Shown: positions 52,165 through 61,639 of the stretch, piece after piece | Position numbering within the stretch: the stretch's first letter is position 1 | Layout of the letters: every line of letters starts with the position of its first letter | DNA from: Candidatus Woesearchaeota archaeon | GTDB lineage: Archaea > Nanobdellota > Nanobdellia > Woesearchaeales > ARS49 | Direction of reading: 5' to 3' | Length of the DNA stretch: 64,000 nt | NCBI GenBank assembly: GCA_017609645.1 | Contig: JAFCDQ010000002.1 | Location: 65,260 to 129,259, forward strand | The notes under the pieces: generated by a model | The model's input: only the letters and a program-made list of their open reading frames with translations | What the model was told of the DNA's origin: nothing | Database searches by the model: none | Made by a program: the position numbers and the translations under genes

Positions 52165-52914
52165 TTAAGCAGACTTTAATTTTAATAATCTAGTTAAAAC
52201 ATATTTTTTATCTATGAATAAAACTTTATCAGAAAGCTTTAATTTATCCACAACAAAATCAAGCACAGTGTTTAATACAACAAAAGAAACAGCAATACCT
52301 GCGCCAAATAAAAATCTCTCATAAGCAACTATAGGAATCAAACCAATCCACTGACTTGCAGTCATAGGCACGGTGTACAACCATAAAACACTTCCAACTG
52401 CATGAGCAGTAAAAGTAGCGCCAAAACTTCTAAACAACAACTTGCCAGGAACTTTCTTTGGCAAAATAACACCTAAAACAGGAATCCACCAAAACATTGC
52501 ATAAACCCAAGCTTGCTTTCCAATTGGATGAAAAATAAACAAAAGAATACAAACCAAAGGAACAATTAATTTTAAACTCTTTTTTTTACTTCCAAAATAA
52601 TAAACAGCCAACAACATTGGCAAAAATCTCAACAAACTCAATAACTGCCATTCTTTTCCAACAATTAAAAAATCAGCTAATTGCGCAAAAAAAACAGAAA
52701 TCGCTCCAAACAAAGGACCTAAAAAACCACCTGCAATAGGACCAAAAAATTGGAATAACGTGAAAAACTGACTATCTGCTCCAACAACAGCAGAGAAATT
52801 AATATTCTTGCCAATTAAAACTAAAGCAAAAAAAATCAACACAAAAATAATCTTTTTTTCCAAGTCTTTCATTAAGTCAATTAGATTAAAGGGCTCGTTT
52901 AAATAGTTTTCCAA
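52165..52914 (-). CDS. Polytopic membrane protein (hypothetical; transporter S-component-like)
   Basis: 249 aa with 6 to 7 TM helices. Overlaps the kae1 3' end by 16 nt. Confidence 0.4.
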   Translation of the reverse strand: MENYLNEPFNLIDLMKDLEKKIIFVLIFFALVLIGKNINFSAVVGADSQFFTLFQFFGPIAGGFLGPLFGAISVFFAQLADFLIVGKEWQLLSLLRFLPMLLAVYYFGSKKKSLKLIVPLVCILLFIFHPIGKQAWVYAMFWWIPVLGVILPKKVPGKLLFRSFGATFTAHAVGSVLWLYTVPMTASQWIGLIPIVAYERFLFGAGIAVSFVVLNTVLDFVVDKLKLSDKVLFIDKKYVLTRLLKLKSA

Positions 52915-53885
52915 TTCACCATAACATCATCAGTTCGCTCATAAGGCTTAATATCAACGATTTTGAGGTTCTCTTTTCTGCCTGCGTTATATTCAAGAAT
53001 TCCTTGCCAAGCAATCATCGCACCTTGATCACCAGCATAATCTAAAGAAACTGCTTTGAAACTTGCTTTTCTATCTTTGCACATTAATTCTAACATCTTG
53101 CATAAACGCTTGTTAGCAGCAACTCCCCCAATTAAAAGAAGTTCATTTTTATCAGTATGAGCTATGGCCCGCTCTGAAACTTCAGCAAGCATAGCAAAAA
53201 AAGTTTCTTGGATGCTGAAACAAATATCTTCAAGCTTTTTATTTTCTTTAAAGAGTTTGATTGCTTTTGTAATAATGCCTGAAAAAGAAACATCCATTCC
53301 CTTGACAGAATAAGGAAGCTCAATATATTTACCTTCTTTAGCAAGCTTTTCTATTTTTGGTCCGCCAGGAAAACCCAATCCAACTTCTCTAGCAAATTTA
53401 TCTAAAGCATTACCTAAGCCAAGATCTAAAGTTTCGCCAAAAATTCTAAACTTTCCTCCTGCAAAGGCAATTATTTGCGTGTTGACACCGCTGACGTATA
53501 AGTAAACAGGATCTTTAGTTTTGCACATTAAATCACCAATAGTAAGATGTGCGATACAATGATTGATACCTATTAATGGAATATTATATTTTTCAGCTAA
53601 TTGTTTTGCGAAGTTCATTCCTATAATAAGACAAGGAGATAAACCAGGACCTTGAGAAAAAGAAATCAGGCTGATGTCTTGCATTGTTATTTTAGCTTTT
53701 TTTAGAGCTTGTTTTAGAACTTTATCTTTAACTTTCTCATGATGCTCGGCAACAGCTGAAGGAATCATACCACCATGTTTTGTAGTGAAAACTTCTTTCT
53801 CGTTAGCAAGAATTTCTCCTTTGAATGAAACAATACCTATGCCAAAAGAATGCGCAGTACTTTCAATGCCTAATGCTAATTTCAT
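52899..53885 (-). CDS. kae1: tRNA N6-adenosine threonylcarbamoyltransferase Kae1
   Basis: ALGIESTAHSFGIGIV N-terminus and the ASKHA-fold His/Asp metal ligands of the Kae1/TsaD family. Confidence 0.88.
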   Translation of the reverse strand: MKLALGIESTAHSFGIGIVSFKGEILANEKEVFTTKHGGMIPSAVAEHHEKVKDKVLKQALKKAKITMQDISLISFSQGPGLSPCLIIGMNFAKQLAEKYNIPLIGINHCIAHLTIGDLMCKTKDPVYLYVSGVNTQIIAFAGGKFRIFGETLDLGLGNALDKFAREVGLGFPGGPKIEKLAKEGKYIELPYSVKGMDVSFSGIITKAIKLFKENKKLEDICFSIQETFFAMLAEVSERAIAHTDKNELLLIGGVAANKRLCKMLELMCKDRKASFKAVSLDYAGDQGAMIAWQGILEYNAGRKENLKIVDIKPYERTDDVMVNWKTI

Positions 53886-53919
53886 GATAAATTAGAAAAT
53901 AAGCATTTTATTTAAAATA

Positions 53920-54771
53920 TTATCTCTTCTTATGATAAATAGATGCAATAATAAAGAGAATCACAGCCAAAATCAACAAAATAGGAAAAAACAATCTCTT
54001 GAATGTCTTCTCTCGTTTCAATTGTTCTTCTTTAAGACTTAACTTATTTTCTTCAGAAGATTCTTGTTCTAAAAATTTTGATGCAGGAATTTCTTCACTA
54101 ATTTCCACTTTAACTTCTTCTCCAAAAACAAAATCCAAATTTGATTTAACAAGCTTCTCGACAAACAAATCAACTAAATATCCATTAGATACGCGCTTGA
54201 CAACAATCATTACATCATCAATACCATTCTTATCTAAATCAACCAAAACTTTTTCGCCAGACTTAAGCGAGAATTTCTGAGGAATGCTTGCAACTGTAAA
54301 CTCAACAGAATCAACAGTAATAGAATCAATAGTAATAGAATGATCAATATTATTAATCTTAAAATCAATCTTATCATTCTTTCTTAAAGCAGTAAACGAT
54401 TCTTGATCAGAAACCATCTGAAGAACAACAGCCTGAGAATAAACAGTGCTTTGCCCGCTGCTGCTGCCGCCCTTTCCAGGACCTGGCGGTGGAACAACAC
54501 AAAATTCAGCACTATCTCTAGTAGCATTAGGAGTATCAAATAATTCCTGAGAAATAAAAGAAGCACCATTTAAACAAGTAACATTATCAAGAGTAATTCT
54601 AGAAGGTTCAACAGTAACCTTATCTGCAGTAACAGCAATAGAAAAAGTAATAGTTGAATTTGAAGTTGTTGCATTTAAAATATCGCCCCAGCTCAAATGA
54701 ACTGCAGCATTAACTAAAGGAACAATCAAAACAACCCCCACTAATAAAATAAAAAATAATCTTTTTTGCAT
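53920..54771 (-). CDS. Secreted protein with a C-terminal TM anchor
   Basis: Signal peptide, PPPGPGKGGSSSG linker, C-terminal helix and KKR. Confidence 0.4.
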   Translation of the reverse strand: MQKRLFFILLVGVVLIVPLVNAAVHLSWGDILNATTSNSTITFSIAVTADKVTVEPSRITLDNVTCLNGASFISQELFDTPNATRDSAEFCVVPPPGPGKGGSSSGQSTVYSQAVVLQMVSDQESFTALRKNDKIDFKINNIDHSITIDSITVDSVEFTVASIPQKFSLKSGEKVLVDLDKNGIDDVMIVVKRVSNGYLVDLFVEKLVKSNLDFVFGEEVKVEISEEIPASKFLEQESSEENKLSLKEEQLKREKTFKRLFFPILLILAVILFIIASIYHKKR

Positions 54772-54780
54772 TTTATCATT

Positions 54781-56343
54781 TTAATTTACAGTACAATTAT
54801 GCGCAATAAGCAAACCATCTTCATAATACTGCCAACAACTACCTGCTCCCCCTGTGGTGATATTTAAAGTCAATCCTGTAGAACCATTACTTGAAACAAA
54901 AGTATCAGCTTTAATATAACCTGCTTCAATAACCATATCTCCTTGAGTTAAATTAAATATATCACCCGCAGTATTAAGTGTAACCCAGAAATCATCATCA
55001 TGCTGGTCTAATTCTGTTGATTTACTACCATTATAAATCTCAATGTCTGTATCTCCTGACTGGCCCATAATAATATCAGCTTTAACATCATAATTCATCC
55101 AAATATTTCTATCACCAGTATAACCGAGCCAAAAATTAGTATAATCATTAGCAAAAGCAAAATAATCAGGAAAAGTCTTATCTCTTCCTATGTAAGTATT
55201 ACTTGGATCATCAAACTCAACATAAGTAGCATGCATATCTCCATTCATCCATAAATTACCATCAACAGGACTATTAACATAAACATAACTTCCTGTTCCA
55301 TTAGAACCATTAACAGCAACTATATCATCAAAATGAGAAATAACCACATTGGATGCATTCATTGCATCAGCAACAAAATTATTATCAAAACCGTCAATCA
55401 AAATTCTATTTGCTGTTGCATGAAGTTCACCTCCCCCATCAGTATAAATAACATAAGCAGTTCCTCTACTACCACTAACTCCAGAAGGAGTTATTAAATG
55501 AATATGATTATCTCTGACATCAGTAGTGTTTTTATCACTTGTAGTAACAACTCCTGCTACTAAACCCCCGAAGTTTGCACTGCTTGCAACTATATCAATT
55601 GTGTTTCCCTGAGCAGTTAAATCTTCAGTAGTATTAGTATACCAACCAATTGCTGTTACTCGATCATTAGCAGCAACACCTGCAATATCCATTAATACTG
55701 CGGAATTACTCATACTTCCTATGGCTTCATTTTGGGTATTCATTCCAATATGATCTCCTCCTCCAGTGCCGGTTTGATCATACTGAATTGCACTTTCTCT
55801 CATGACAATAAAGCAATTATTTTCTAAATTAACCGCATTTCCATTACCATTATTCACATCATAATCAACCGTCACATCATTAATTATATGAATTCCTCCT
55901 GAACAATTAATACCAACCTGTCCTGTCCCTGTTGTTTGCATTTTAACAATTAAATTTCTAATATGCGACCGTGGATAACCAAATCCAGAACCCATTGTTA
56001 AAGTAGCAGAAGTTCCATTAATAACCACTCCTGCAGAACCACCCATTCCTTGAAGATTAACTCCATTCTTTAAAACCACATCTTCATTATAAACACCAGG
56101 ATAAATAAGAATATTATATTTCATTCCAGTACCAACTGTAATACTATCAATCGCTCCCTGAATTGTTGTGAAATCTGCTCCTTTTTTAGCAACAGTAACA
56201 GTATTGTTATACATCTCAAGATAAGAACCAGTAGTAGTGATAGAAGTATCAGTAATAACTGTTGTAGCAGTAGCTAACAAAGCCATAAAAAGAATTCCAA
56301 AAATTGTCCAAACTATGTTTCTACTTGTCATCAAAGTAATCAC
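54781..56343 (-). CDS. Secreted Asn/Gly/Thr-rich protein, probably beta-helical
   Basis: Signal peptide. Composition and periodic NG/GT motifs resemble right-handed beta-helix surface proteins. Confidence 0.45.
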   Translation of the reverse strand: MITLMTSRNIVWTIFGILFMALLATATTVITDTSITTTGSYLEMYNNTVTVAKKGADFTTIQGAIDSITVGTGMKYNILIYPGVYNEDVVLKNGVNLQGMGGSAGVVINGTSATLTMGSGFGYPRSHIRNLIVKMQTTGTGQVGINCSGGIHIINDVTVDYDVNNGNGNAVNLENNCFIVMRESAIQYDQTGTGGGDHIGMNTQNEAIGSMSNSAVLMDIAGVAANDRVTAIGWYTNTTEDLTAQGNTIDIVASSANFGGLVAGVVTTSDKNTTDVRDNHIHLITPSGVSGSRGTAYVIYTDGGGELHATANRILIDGFDNNFVADAMNASNVVISHFDDIVAVNGSNGTGSYVYVNSPVDGNLWMNGDMHATYVEFDDPSNTYIGRDKTFPDYFAFANDYTNFWLGYTGDRNIWMNYDVKADIIMGQSGDTDIEIYNGSKSTELDQHDDDFWVTLNTAGDIFNLTQGDMVIEAGYIKADTFVSSNGSTGLTLNITTGGAGSCWQYYEDGLLIAHNCTVN

Positions 56344-56399
56344 AACCCTTTTTCAAGAATAAGTAGATGTTTTTGTTTATAAAAGTATCGACATAATTA

Positions 56400-56503
56400 G
56401 CTTCTGCTTTTGCTAACTTTATCAGACCAAAAACTAGGTAAAACAGTATTACAAAAAGCTTCTGTAGTAGAATCAAACAAATAAAAATGAGCATTTCTTT
56501 GAA
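56400..56503. repeat. About 104-nt direct repeat, copy 1. A pseudo-copy of the last roughly 34 codons of the ATPase gene, sitting upstream of corA.
   Basis: About 95% identical to 57472..57575 (5 mismatches, no indels). Confidence 0.8.
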
Positions 56504-56562
56504 GGTCTTCACTGGACAGTTCATAAACAAATTTATAACAAAAAAAACATTTAACTCTTATC

Positions 56563-57465
56563 ATGATAGAATATTACAAAAAAAACTTAAAAGACAAACA
56601 AATCCGGAAATTAAAAAAATTTGAAAACGACTGCTGGATAAATGCAATAAATCCAACAAAAAATGAAATAAACTACTTAATAAAAACCTACAAATTAGAC
56701 GAACAAGCTCTTTCCAACGGTCTGAAACAAAACCAAATACCAAGAATCGAATTCATCAACAAAAAAACATACATAGTTCTTAACGTTCTGCAGGAAAACA
56801 AAAAAAAATTTGACACCTTTTTAATAATCACAAATGGAAATTTCATATTAACTCTTGCAAGAAACAAACCAAATTTCCTGGTAAAAATCATCAAGAATCA
56901 AATTGAATTGATAACAACACAAAAAACAGAATGCCTGCTTAAATTATTCAAGAGCATAGATAAAGATTTTGAAAAATCCACAATGTACGTAGTCAATTCA
57001 ATAAATTCAAAAAAAAGAAAATTAATCAAATTAAAAGAAGACGACATAAATAACCTCCTAAAGGAAGAAGAAATTATAAACAGCATTGTATCGTCTTATT
57101 ATTATACAAAAAGAATCTATGAACAACTCTCTAAAAAACTGCCAAAAAAAGACAAGCAGAAAATGGAAAATCTGATAGAAGATGCAAAACAAGGCTATGA
57201 ATTAGGAACCACTTCATTAAAAATAATAGCAAACATGAGAAACCATTTCACAATGCTGCAGTCAAACAAACTAAACAAAATAATCACAATACTAACAGTA
57301 TTCACAATACTGCTAAGCATTCCTGCAACCATAGGCGGCATTTATGGAATGAATATGTTACTACCAGGCCAAAGAAGTCCTTTTATGTTCTATTATATCT
57401 TGGCAATAGTTGCAATAATATGGCTGATATTTATTTTATTCTTAAAAAAAGCAAAAATATTCTAA
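56563..57465 (+). CDS. corA: CorA-family Mg2+/Co2+ transporter
   Basis: Two C-terminal TM helices with the YGMNM signature between them. Confidence 0.75.
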   Translation: MIEYYKKNLKDKQIRKLKKFENDCWINAINPTKNEINYLIKTYKLDEQALSNGLKQNQIPRIEFINKKTYIVLNVLQENKKKFDTFLIITNGNFILTLARNKPNFLVKIIKNQIELITTQKTECLLKLFKSIDKDFEKSTMYVVNSINSKKRKLIKLKEDDINNLLKEEEIINSIVSSYYYTKRIYEQLSKKLPKKDKQKMENLIEDAKQGYELGTTSLKIIANMRNHFTMLQSNKLNKIITILTVFTILLSIPATIGGIYGMNMLLPGQRSPFMFYYILAIVAIIWLIFILFLKKAKIF

Positions 57466-58395
57466 TTATTTTCCTCTGCTTTTGCTGACTTTATCAGACC
57501 AAAAACTAGGCAAAACAGTATTGCAAAAAGCTTCTGTAGTAGAATCAAACAAATAAAAATGAGCATTTCTCTGACTAACAGGAGTTTGATTGAATTTTTT
57601 AGTAGCAGTTTGATATAAATCCTTCATAACATTACGCTCCATCTTTTGCTGCAACAAAGAACCTTCTTTAACCATAATAACATCTGTCAAATTAAGAACT
57701 GTTTTATCAATCATGCCAGTATTTTGAGTTACTAAAATTAATGTTAAATCTTTATGCCTTGCAATTGCTAAAAGATCTGACAATTCTTTGTTCTGCTTGC
57801 TCATACTTTTTCTAGAACTAAAAGTTACAGCTCCTTCATCAACAAGAATCACACCAGAATCAGCTGCTTCATCAATAGAACTAATACTATCAATCCAATT
57901 AGGAAGAATAGCTTGTTTAACGCCAAGAGCAAAACAAGGACGCTTAGTCTTTGAATGGATGTTTTCTAACAATCTAAAGCCAAGAGCACTTTTTCCAGAG
58001 CCACGTCTGCCAACAACAGTCATGATCAAACTTTGATTAAGCAATCTTTTTTCAAACTCTTTGAAATTACCTTTAATATTAGCTGCAATATTTAATGCAG
58101 AGAAAACAGCAGGAACTTTTAAGCCAGTTTCTTTAACTTTTTTAGTTTTGGTTTTAGTTTCTGATTTAAAACCAGAGAATAATTTGTTAAAAAGCCAAAC
58201 AAAAGCTTTAATCACGTATTTTGCAGCATAAAATAAACCTAAAGCTATGATTTTAACTAACCAAAGCAAAGCATCAAATATAGATGCAATAAACCAAACA
58301 AACATATTCTTCTTTTTACGTCTTTTCCTAGCCATAAAATAGAAATTTGAGTTATAAGTTATAAAGTTTTTGCAAAAATCACTCACCTTGTTCAA
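57466..58395 (-). CDS. Membrane-anchored AAA+-like P-loop ATPase
   Basis: Two N-terminal TM helices. Walker A (GRRGSGKS). Walker B about 55 aa later (VILVDE). A sensor-1-like LILVTQNTG follows. Confidence 0.5.
   Translation of the reverse strand: MNKVSDFCKNFITYNSNFYFMARKRRKKKNMFVWFIASIFDALLWLVKIIALGLFYAAKYVIKAFVWLFNKLFSGFKSETKTKTKKVKETGLKVPAVFSALNIAANIKGNFKEFEKRLLNQSLIMTVVGRRGSGKSALGFRLLENIHSKTKRPCFALGVKQAILPNWIDSISSIDEAADSGVILVDEGAVTFSSRKSMSKQNKELSDLLAIARHKDLTLILVTQNTGMIDKTVLNLTDVIMVKEGSLLQQKMERNVMKDLYQTATKKFNQTPVSQRNAHFYLFDSTTEAFCNTVLPSFWSDKVSKSRGK
57472..57575. repeat. About 104-nt direct repeat, copy 2 (the genuine 3' end of the ATPase gene)
   Basis: See copy 1. Confidence 0.8.
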
Positions 58396-59062
58396 AATAT
58401 TTTACCAACTCAGTCTTAGACTCTAAAACTTTCATCAACTCATCCAAACTTCCAGTGCCGCTATAAAAATTAAGAGCAGCATTCAATAACTTTTCTTCAA
58501 AATCTCTGACTAACTTTTTACTCTGTAAATCTTCGAAGGCATCTGATTCTTTATCAATCCACTCCTTATATTCTACATCAGCAGCTTCATAAATTTTAAA
58601 AGCAATATTCTGCCAATAAGGCTCTTCAAATTCTTTTTTAGTGCCAAGATTAATTATTCCCATGAAAGGATTAACAATACCCTCAAGAAACTCCTTATTA
58701 AAATAAACATCAGGAATTTCAAAAATATCTTTATATCCAATTAAACTATGCCAACCAAAATATACATCATCTTCCTCGTCAAAATCTGTTACAACAAATT
58801 CACCGAGATCAACCTGAAAAGCTCTAGTATCAGAAGGTCCGCAAAGAGTGCGTTTCTCTTTAGGAATTAATTCTTCATCCACACCTAAAAGCTTCTCAAC
58901 CCTTAAAATAGCATCATAACCATGAACATAAATATCCTTAATATAACGACAATTTTCATCTTCCTGCTCAAGAAAAAAAAGCTCACAAAGAGCTCTTTTA
59001 GCTTTAATTAAAAATTCATCACTGATTTCAATTCTGGCAGTATCTGCATAAACAATCTTCAT
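58379..59062 (-). CDS. Acidic hypothetical protein, translationally coupled to the ATPase
   Basis: 227 aa. Its 3' end overlaps the ATPase start by 17 nt. Confidence 0.4.
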   Translation of the reverse strand: MKIVYADTARIEISDEFLIKAKRALCELFFLEQEDENCRYIKDIYVHGYDAILRVEKLLGVDEELIPKEKRTLCGPSDTRAFQVDLGEFVVTDFDEEDDVYFGWHSLIGYKDIFEIPDVYFNKEFLEGIVNPFMGIINLGTKKEFEEPYWQNIAFKIYEAADVEYKEWIDKESDAFEDLQSKKLVRDFEEKLLNAALNFYSGTGSLDELMKVLESKTELVKYFEQGE

Positions 59063-59100
59063 AGAAAAAAGAAAGTTTAATCTGCTATAAAAACATTTAT

Positions 59101-59841
59101 TTAATGCAATAGATATTTAGTCAAATACATCAAAGCTAAGCCAAACAAGAAAATCAAGAACTGAAAAATAGCTTTCTTAGCTTTACGCTCTTCTTTAATT
59201 TCAGCCAAGAGATCTGCTAAAGCAATATATATGAATCCACCTGCTGCAAAAGGAATCAAATAATTAGTAATGCCTGAGAATATTGTTGCAAAGAAATAAA
59301 TAGCAATTGCACCAAGAACAGCTGTTAAAGCTGAAAGGAAATTAAAGAACAAAGCTTTACCTGTACTAAAACCTGAATGAATCAAAATTCCAAAATCACC
59401 AAGCTCTTGAGGAATTTCATGCAAAGCAACAGCAATAGTTGTAACAATACCTAATTGTATATTTGTAAGAAAAGCAGCACCAATAATAATGCCATCAGTA
59501 AAATTATGAACAGCATCACCGACTAGATTAAGAATACCAACTGGCTTAAGTCTTTTAATTCTTTTTTTATCAATAGAATGATAATGATGCCAATGCAAAA
59601 ACATCTCAATCAAATAAAAAACAATAATACCAATTATAACCATTAAAAAAACAGGGCCTCCTGCTTCAACAGATTCAGGTAAAAGATGGAAGAAAGCACC
59701 TCCTAAAAGACCTCCTGCTGCAAAACTAACAAGAACTGCAATTATTTTATTTAAAGATTTTTTTTGTAAAACTAAAGTAATAACACCAATAAAAGAAATA
59801 ATACTTACAATAAACACTGCAATCAATATATAGCCTAACAT
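59101..59841 (-). CDS. zupT: ZIP-family zinc transporter
   Basis: HNFTDGIIIGAAF and HEIPQELGDFGIL signature helices. Confidence 0.8.
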   Translation of the reverse strand: MLGYILIAVFIVSIISFIGVITLVLQKKSLNKIIAVLVSFAAGGLLGGAFFHLLPESVEAGGPVFLMVIIGIIVFYLIEMFLHWHHYHSIDKKRIKRLKPVGILNLVGDAVHNFTDGIIIGAAFLTNIQLGIVTTIAVALHEIPQELGDFGILIHSGFSTGKALFFNFLSALTAVLGAIAIYFFATIFSGITNYLIPFAAGGFIYIALADLLAEIKEERKAKKAIFQFLIFLFGLALMYLTKYLLH

Positions 59842-59924
59842 TGAGTAAATATATTCTACATTACTTATAAAGGTTTTGAAAAAAAGAAAAAAACTGGGTT
59901 TTACAGCTTGTTCTATTTTATTTT

Positions 59925-60350
59925 TTATTTAATATATTCTTTCAAACCTTTAATTACCATCTTAATTCTCATCTCATTATTCTTCCAAGTATCAAAGCTC
60001 ACCATAAGACCTCTGTAATCTATAGAATTTCTTGTATCTTTTAATTCAAGAAGATATTCAAAATCAATGTCTGCTCCTTTATTTTTTAGGTAAGCAAACA
60101 TACATTCATGATCTAAGGCTTTCCAACCGTCTAATGCTAAAATCGCAGTGCACAATTCTTTAATAATTTCATAATAACCTTCTAAAAACAATGAAGGAAA
60201 CTCCTTTGATTTATTTTTAACATTATCCCAAAACAGTTCTCTATGCTCAGCTAAAGCTAATAACTCTTTAGCCAGGCTCTCATCTTTAATTCCTGTTTCA
60301 AGCAGTTTATTATCTTCAATACATTCATCAAATTCTTTTCTTTTTCTCAT
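59925..60350 (-). CDS. HEPN-like toxin partner of the upstream nucleotidyltransferase
   Basis: 141 aa, all-alpha. R-N-x3-Y-R (LKDTRNSIDYRG) near the C-terminus. Its start overlaps the MNT stop by 1 nt. Confidence 0.45.
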   Translation of the reverse strand: MRKRKEFDECIEDNKLLETGIKDESLAKELLALAEHRELFWDNVKNKSKEFPSLFLEGYYEIIKELCTAILALDGWKALDHECMFAYLKNKGADIDFEYLLELKDTRNSIDYRGLMVSFDTWKNNEMRIKMVIKGLKEYIK

Positions 60351-60868
60351 TATATCACCTCTAATTTGCCTGATATAACTAAACCATCATAAATATTCTC
60401 TATCAAACCTTTGCTTAATTTTTTAATATTTTTTTCAAAAAATAACTTAACTTCAAATCCTATCTGCTTATTAAATTTCCTTAAATCCAATCTTTTATAA
60501 TCTGTTTGAACAAATAAATCAACATCACTGCTCTTATGATATGTTCCTTTTCGAACACTGCCAAACAAAACAATCACTTTCGGAGATAATTCCTTTTCCA
60601 AAAAGTCTATTAAACCACTCTTTAAAATCTTTTTAACTAAAATTTCACTTTTTTCATACCTGAACAAACGAGAAAGCCTATTAGCTTCATAAAAACTATA
60701 CTTACCTTTACTCTTTCTCTTAATAACCAACTTGTTTTTAACAAAATCTTTCAAATATTTCATTACAGTCTTAGTATCTAAATGAACAATTCTACTTAAC
60801 TCTCTCACTCCAAATTTACTCATTGGGTTAAGAAAAAACTGCTCTAATAAAATATTCCTACATTCCAT
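60350..60868 (-). CDS. Minimal nucleotidyltransferase (MNT) with an N-terminal wHTH
   Basis: LFGSVRKGTYHKSSDVDLFV (GS..DxD NTase motif), preceded by a wHTH-like segment. Confidence 0.7.
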   Translation of the reverse strand: MECRNILLEQFFLNPMSKFGVRELSRIVHLDTKTVMKYLKDFVKNKLVIKRKSKGKYSFYEANRLSRLFRYEKSEILVKKILKSGLIDFLEKELSPKVIVLFGSVRKGTYHKSSDVDLFVQTDYKRLDLRKFNKQIGFEVKLFFEKNIKKLSKGLIENIYDGLVISGKLEVI

Positions 60869-60942
60869 AATGTAGGAAAATAATCCTACATTTATAAAAC
60901 TTTCGGATTTTTGATTAAAAACAGATGCAAGTCTTGAAAAAC

Positions 60943-61165
60943 GCCGACAGCAGGATTACCACCTGGCTAAAGCCAGCTATATCTCCCTTCGGTCGATGAT
61001 GAAAAAAAGAAAAACGCCGACAGCAGGGATTCTCACTAACCTTTTTGAAAAAGGTTAGGATCCAAAAAGCTCGCCAAAAAGGCGAGAATGGTAACCAAGG
61101 TTTTGAAAAACGCCGACAGCAAGATTACCACCTGGCTAAAGCCAGCTATATCTCCCTTCGGTCGA
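60943..61165. repeat. Tandem array of three decayed copies of the tRNA-Ser(CGA) 3' end (att-like remnants) downstream of the gene
   Basis: ..CTGCTGTCGGCG ends at 60945, 61016 and 61103, in the same orientation as the tRNA 3' end at 61189. Blocks 60943-61000 and 61098-61160 are about 95% identical over 58 nt. The middle block contains two perfect palindromes. Confidence 0.7.
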
Positions 61166-61188
61166 CTGTTTTTGTTTTTTTTGTTGTA

Positions 61189-61285
61189 CGCCGACAGCAG
61201 GATTTGAACCTGCATATCCCGAAGGAAAAGAGGGTACTCGAGATATATTCGAGCCTCTCGCACTACCAGATTATGCGATGTCGGC
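61189..61285 (-). tRNA. tRNA-Ser(CGA) with a 13-nt intron at canonical position 37/38
   Basis: Minus strand reads GCCGACATCGCATAATCTGGTAGTGCGAGAGGCTCGAA[TATATCTCGAGTA]CCCTCTTTTCCTTCGGGATATGCAGGTTCAAATCCTGCTGTCGGCG. It has a long variable arm and discriminator G. The intron is complementary to the anticodon. Confidence 0.8.
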
Positions 61286-61320
61286 AATAAAAAACAAAAA
61301 GAAAGAGATAGTTTAAAATT

Positions 61321-61635
61321 TTATCTAAGAACTTTGGCATATCTTTTCATCATTAACTTAGCTTGAACATCAAGATTCTCTGCTAATTTCTTATAAGCCT
61401 GGAATCTTCTATCTAACTCATAAACTTTATGCTTTTTCTTAGCAAACTCTTCAGCAGCTATTGTTCCATCAGAAACTCCTTTAACTAAAAGCTTTATTGC
61501 TTCAACTTCAGCAAATAAAGCATCAACAGTGCTTTTTTCATTTGCTAACAAACTCTGCAAAATATTTATTCCTTTTGCAAGATCATCTTTATTTATTCCG
61601 CCCACACCTGAAATTACCTTATATGCTTTAGCCAT
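61321..61635 (-). CDS. Hypothetical small alpha-helical protein
   Basis: 104 aa with no motifs. Confidence 0.35.
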   Translation of the reverse strand: MAKAYKVISGVGGINKDDLAKGINILQSLLANEKSTVDALFAEVEAIKLLVKGVSDGTIAAEEFAKKKHKVYELDRRFQAYKKLAENLDVQAKLMMKRYAKVLR

Positions 61636-61639
61636 ACAA

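Noticed and set aside
56321-56530. 69-aa minus-strand ORF upstream of corA
   Set aside because: It covers the pseudo-copy of the ATPase 3' end but in a different reading frame from the parental gene. It is most likely non-coding repeat DNA.
61036-61290. ORFs 61036..61287 (-) and 61045..61290 (+)
   Set aside because: They overlap the tRNA-Ser(CGA) gene and its att-like repeat array, and are spurious.
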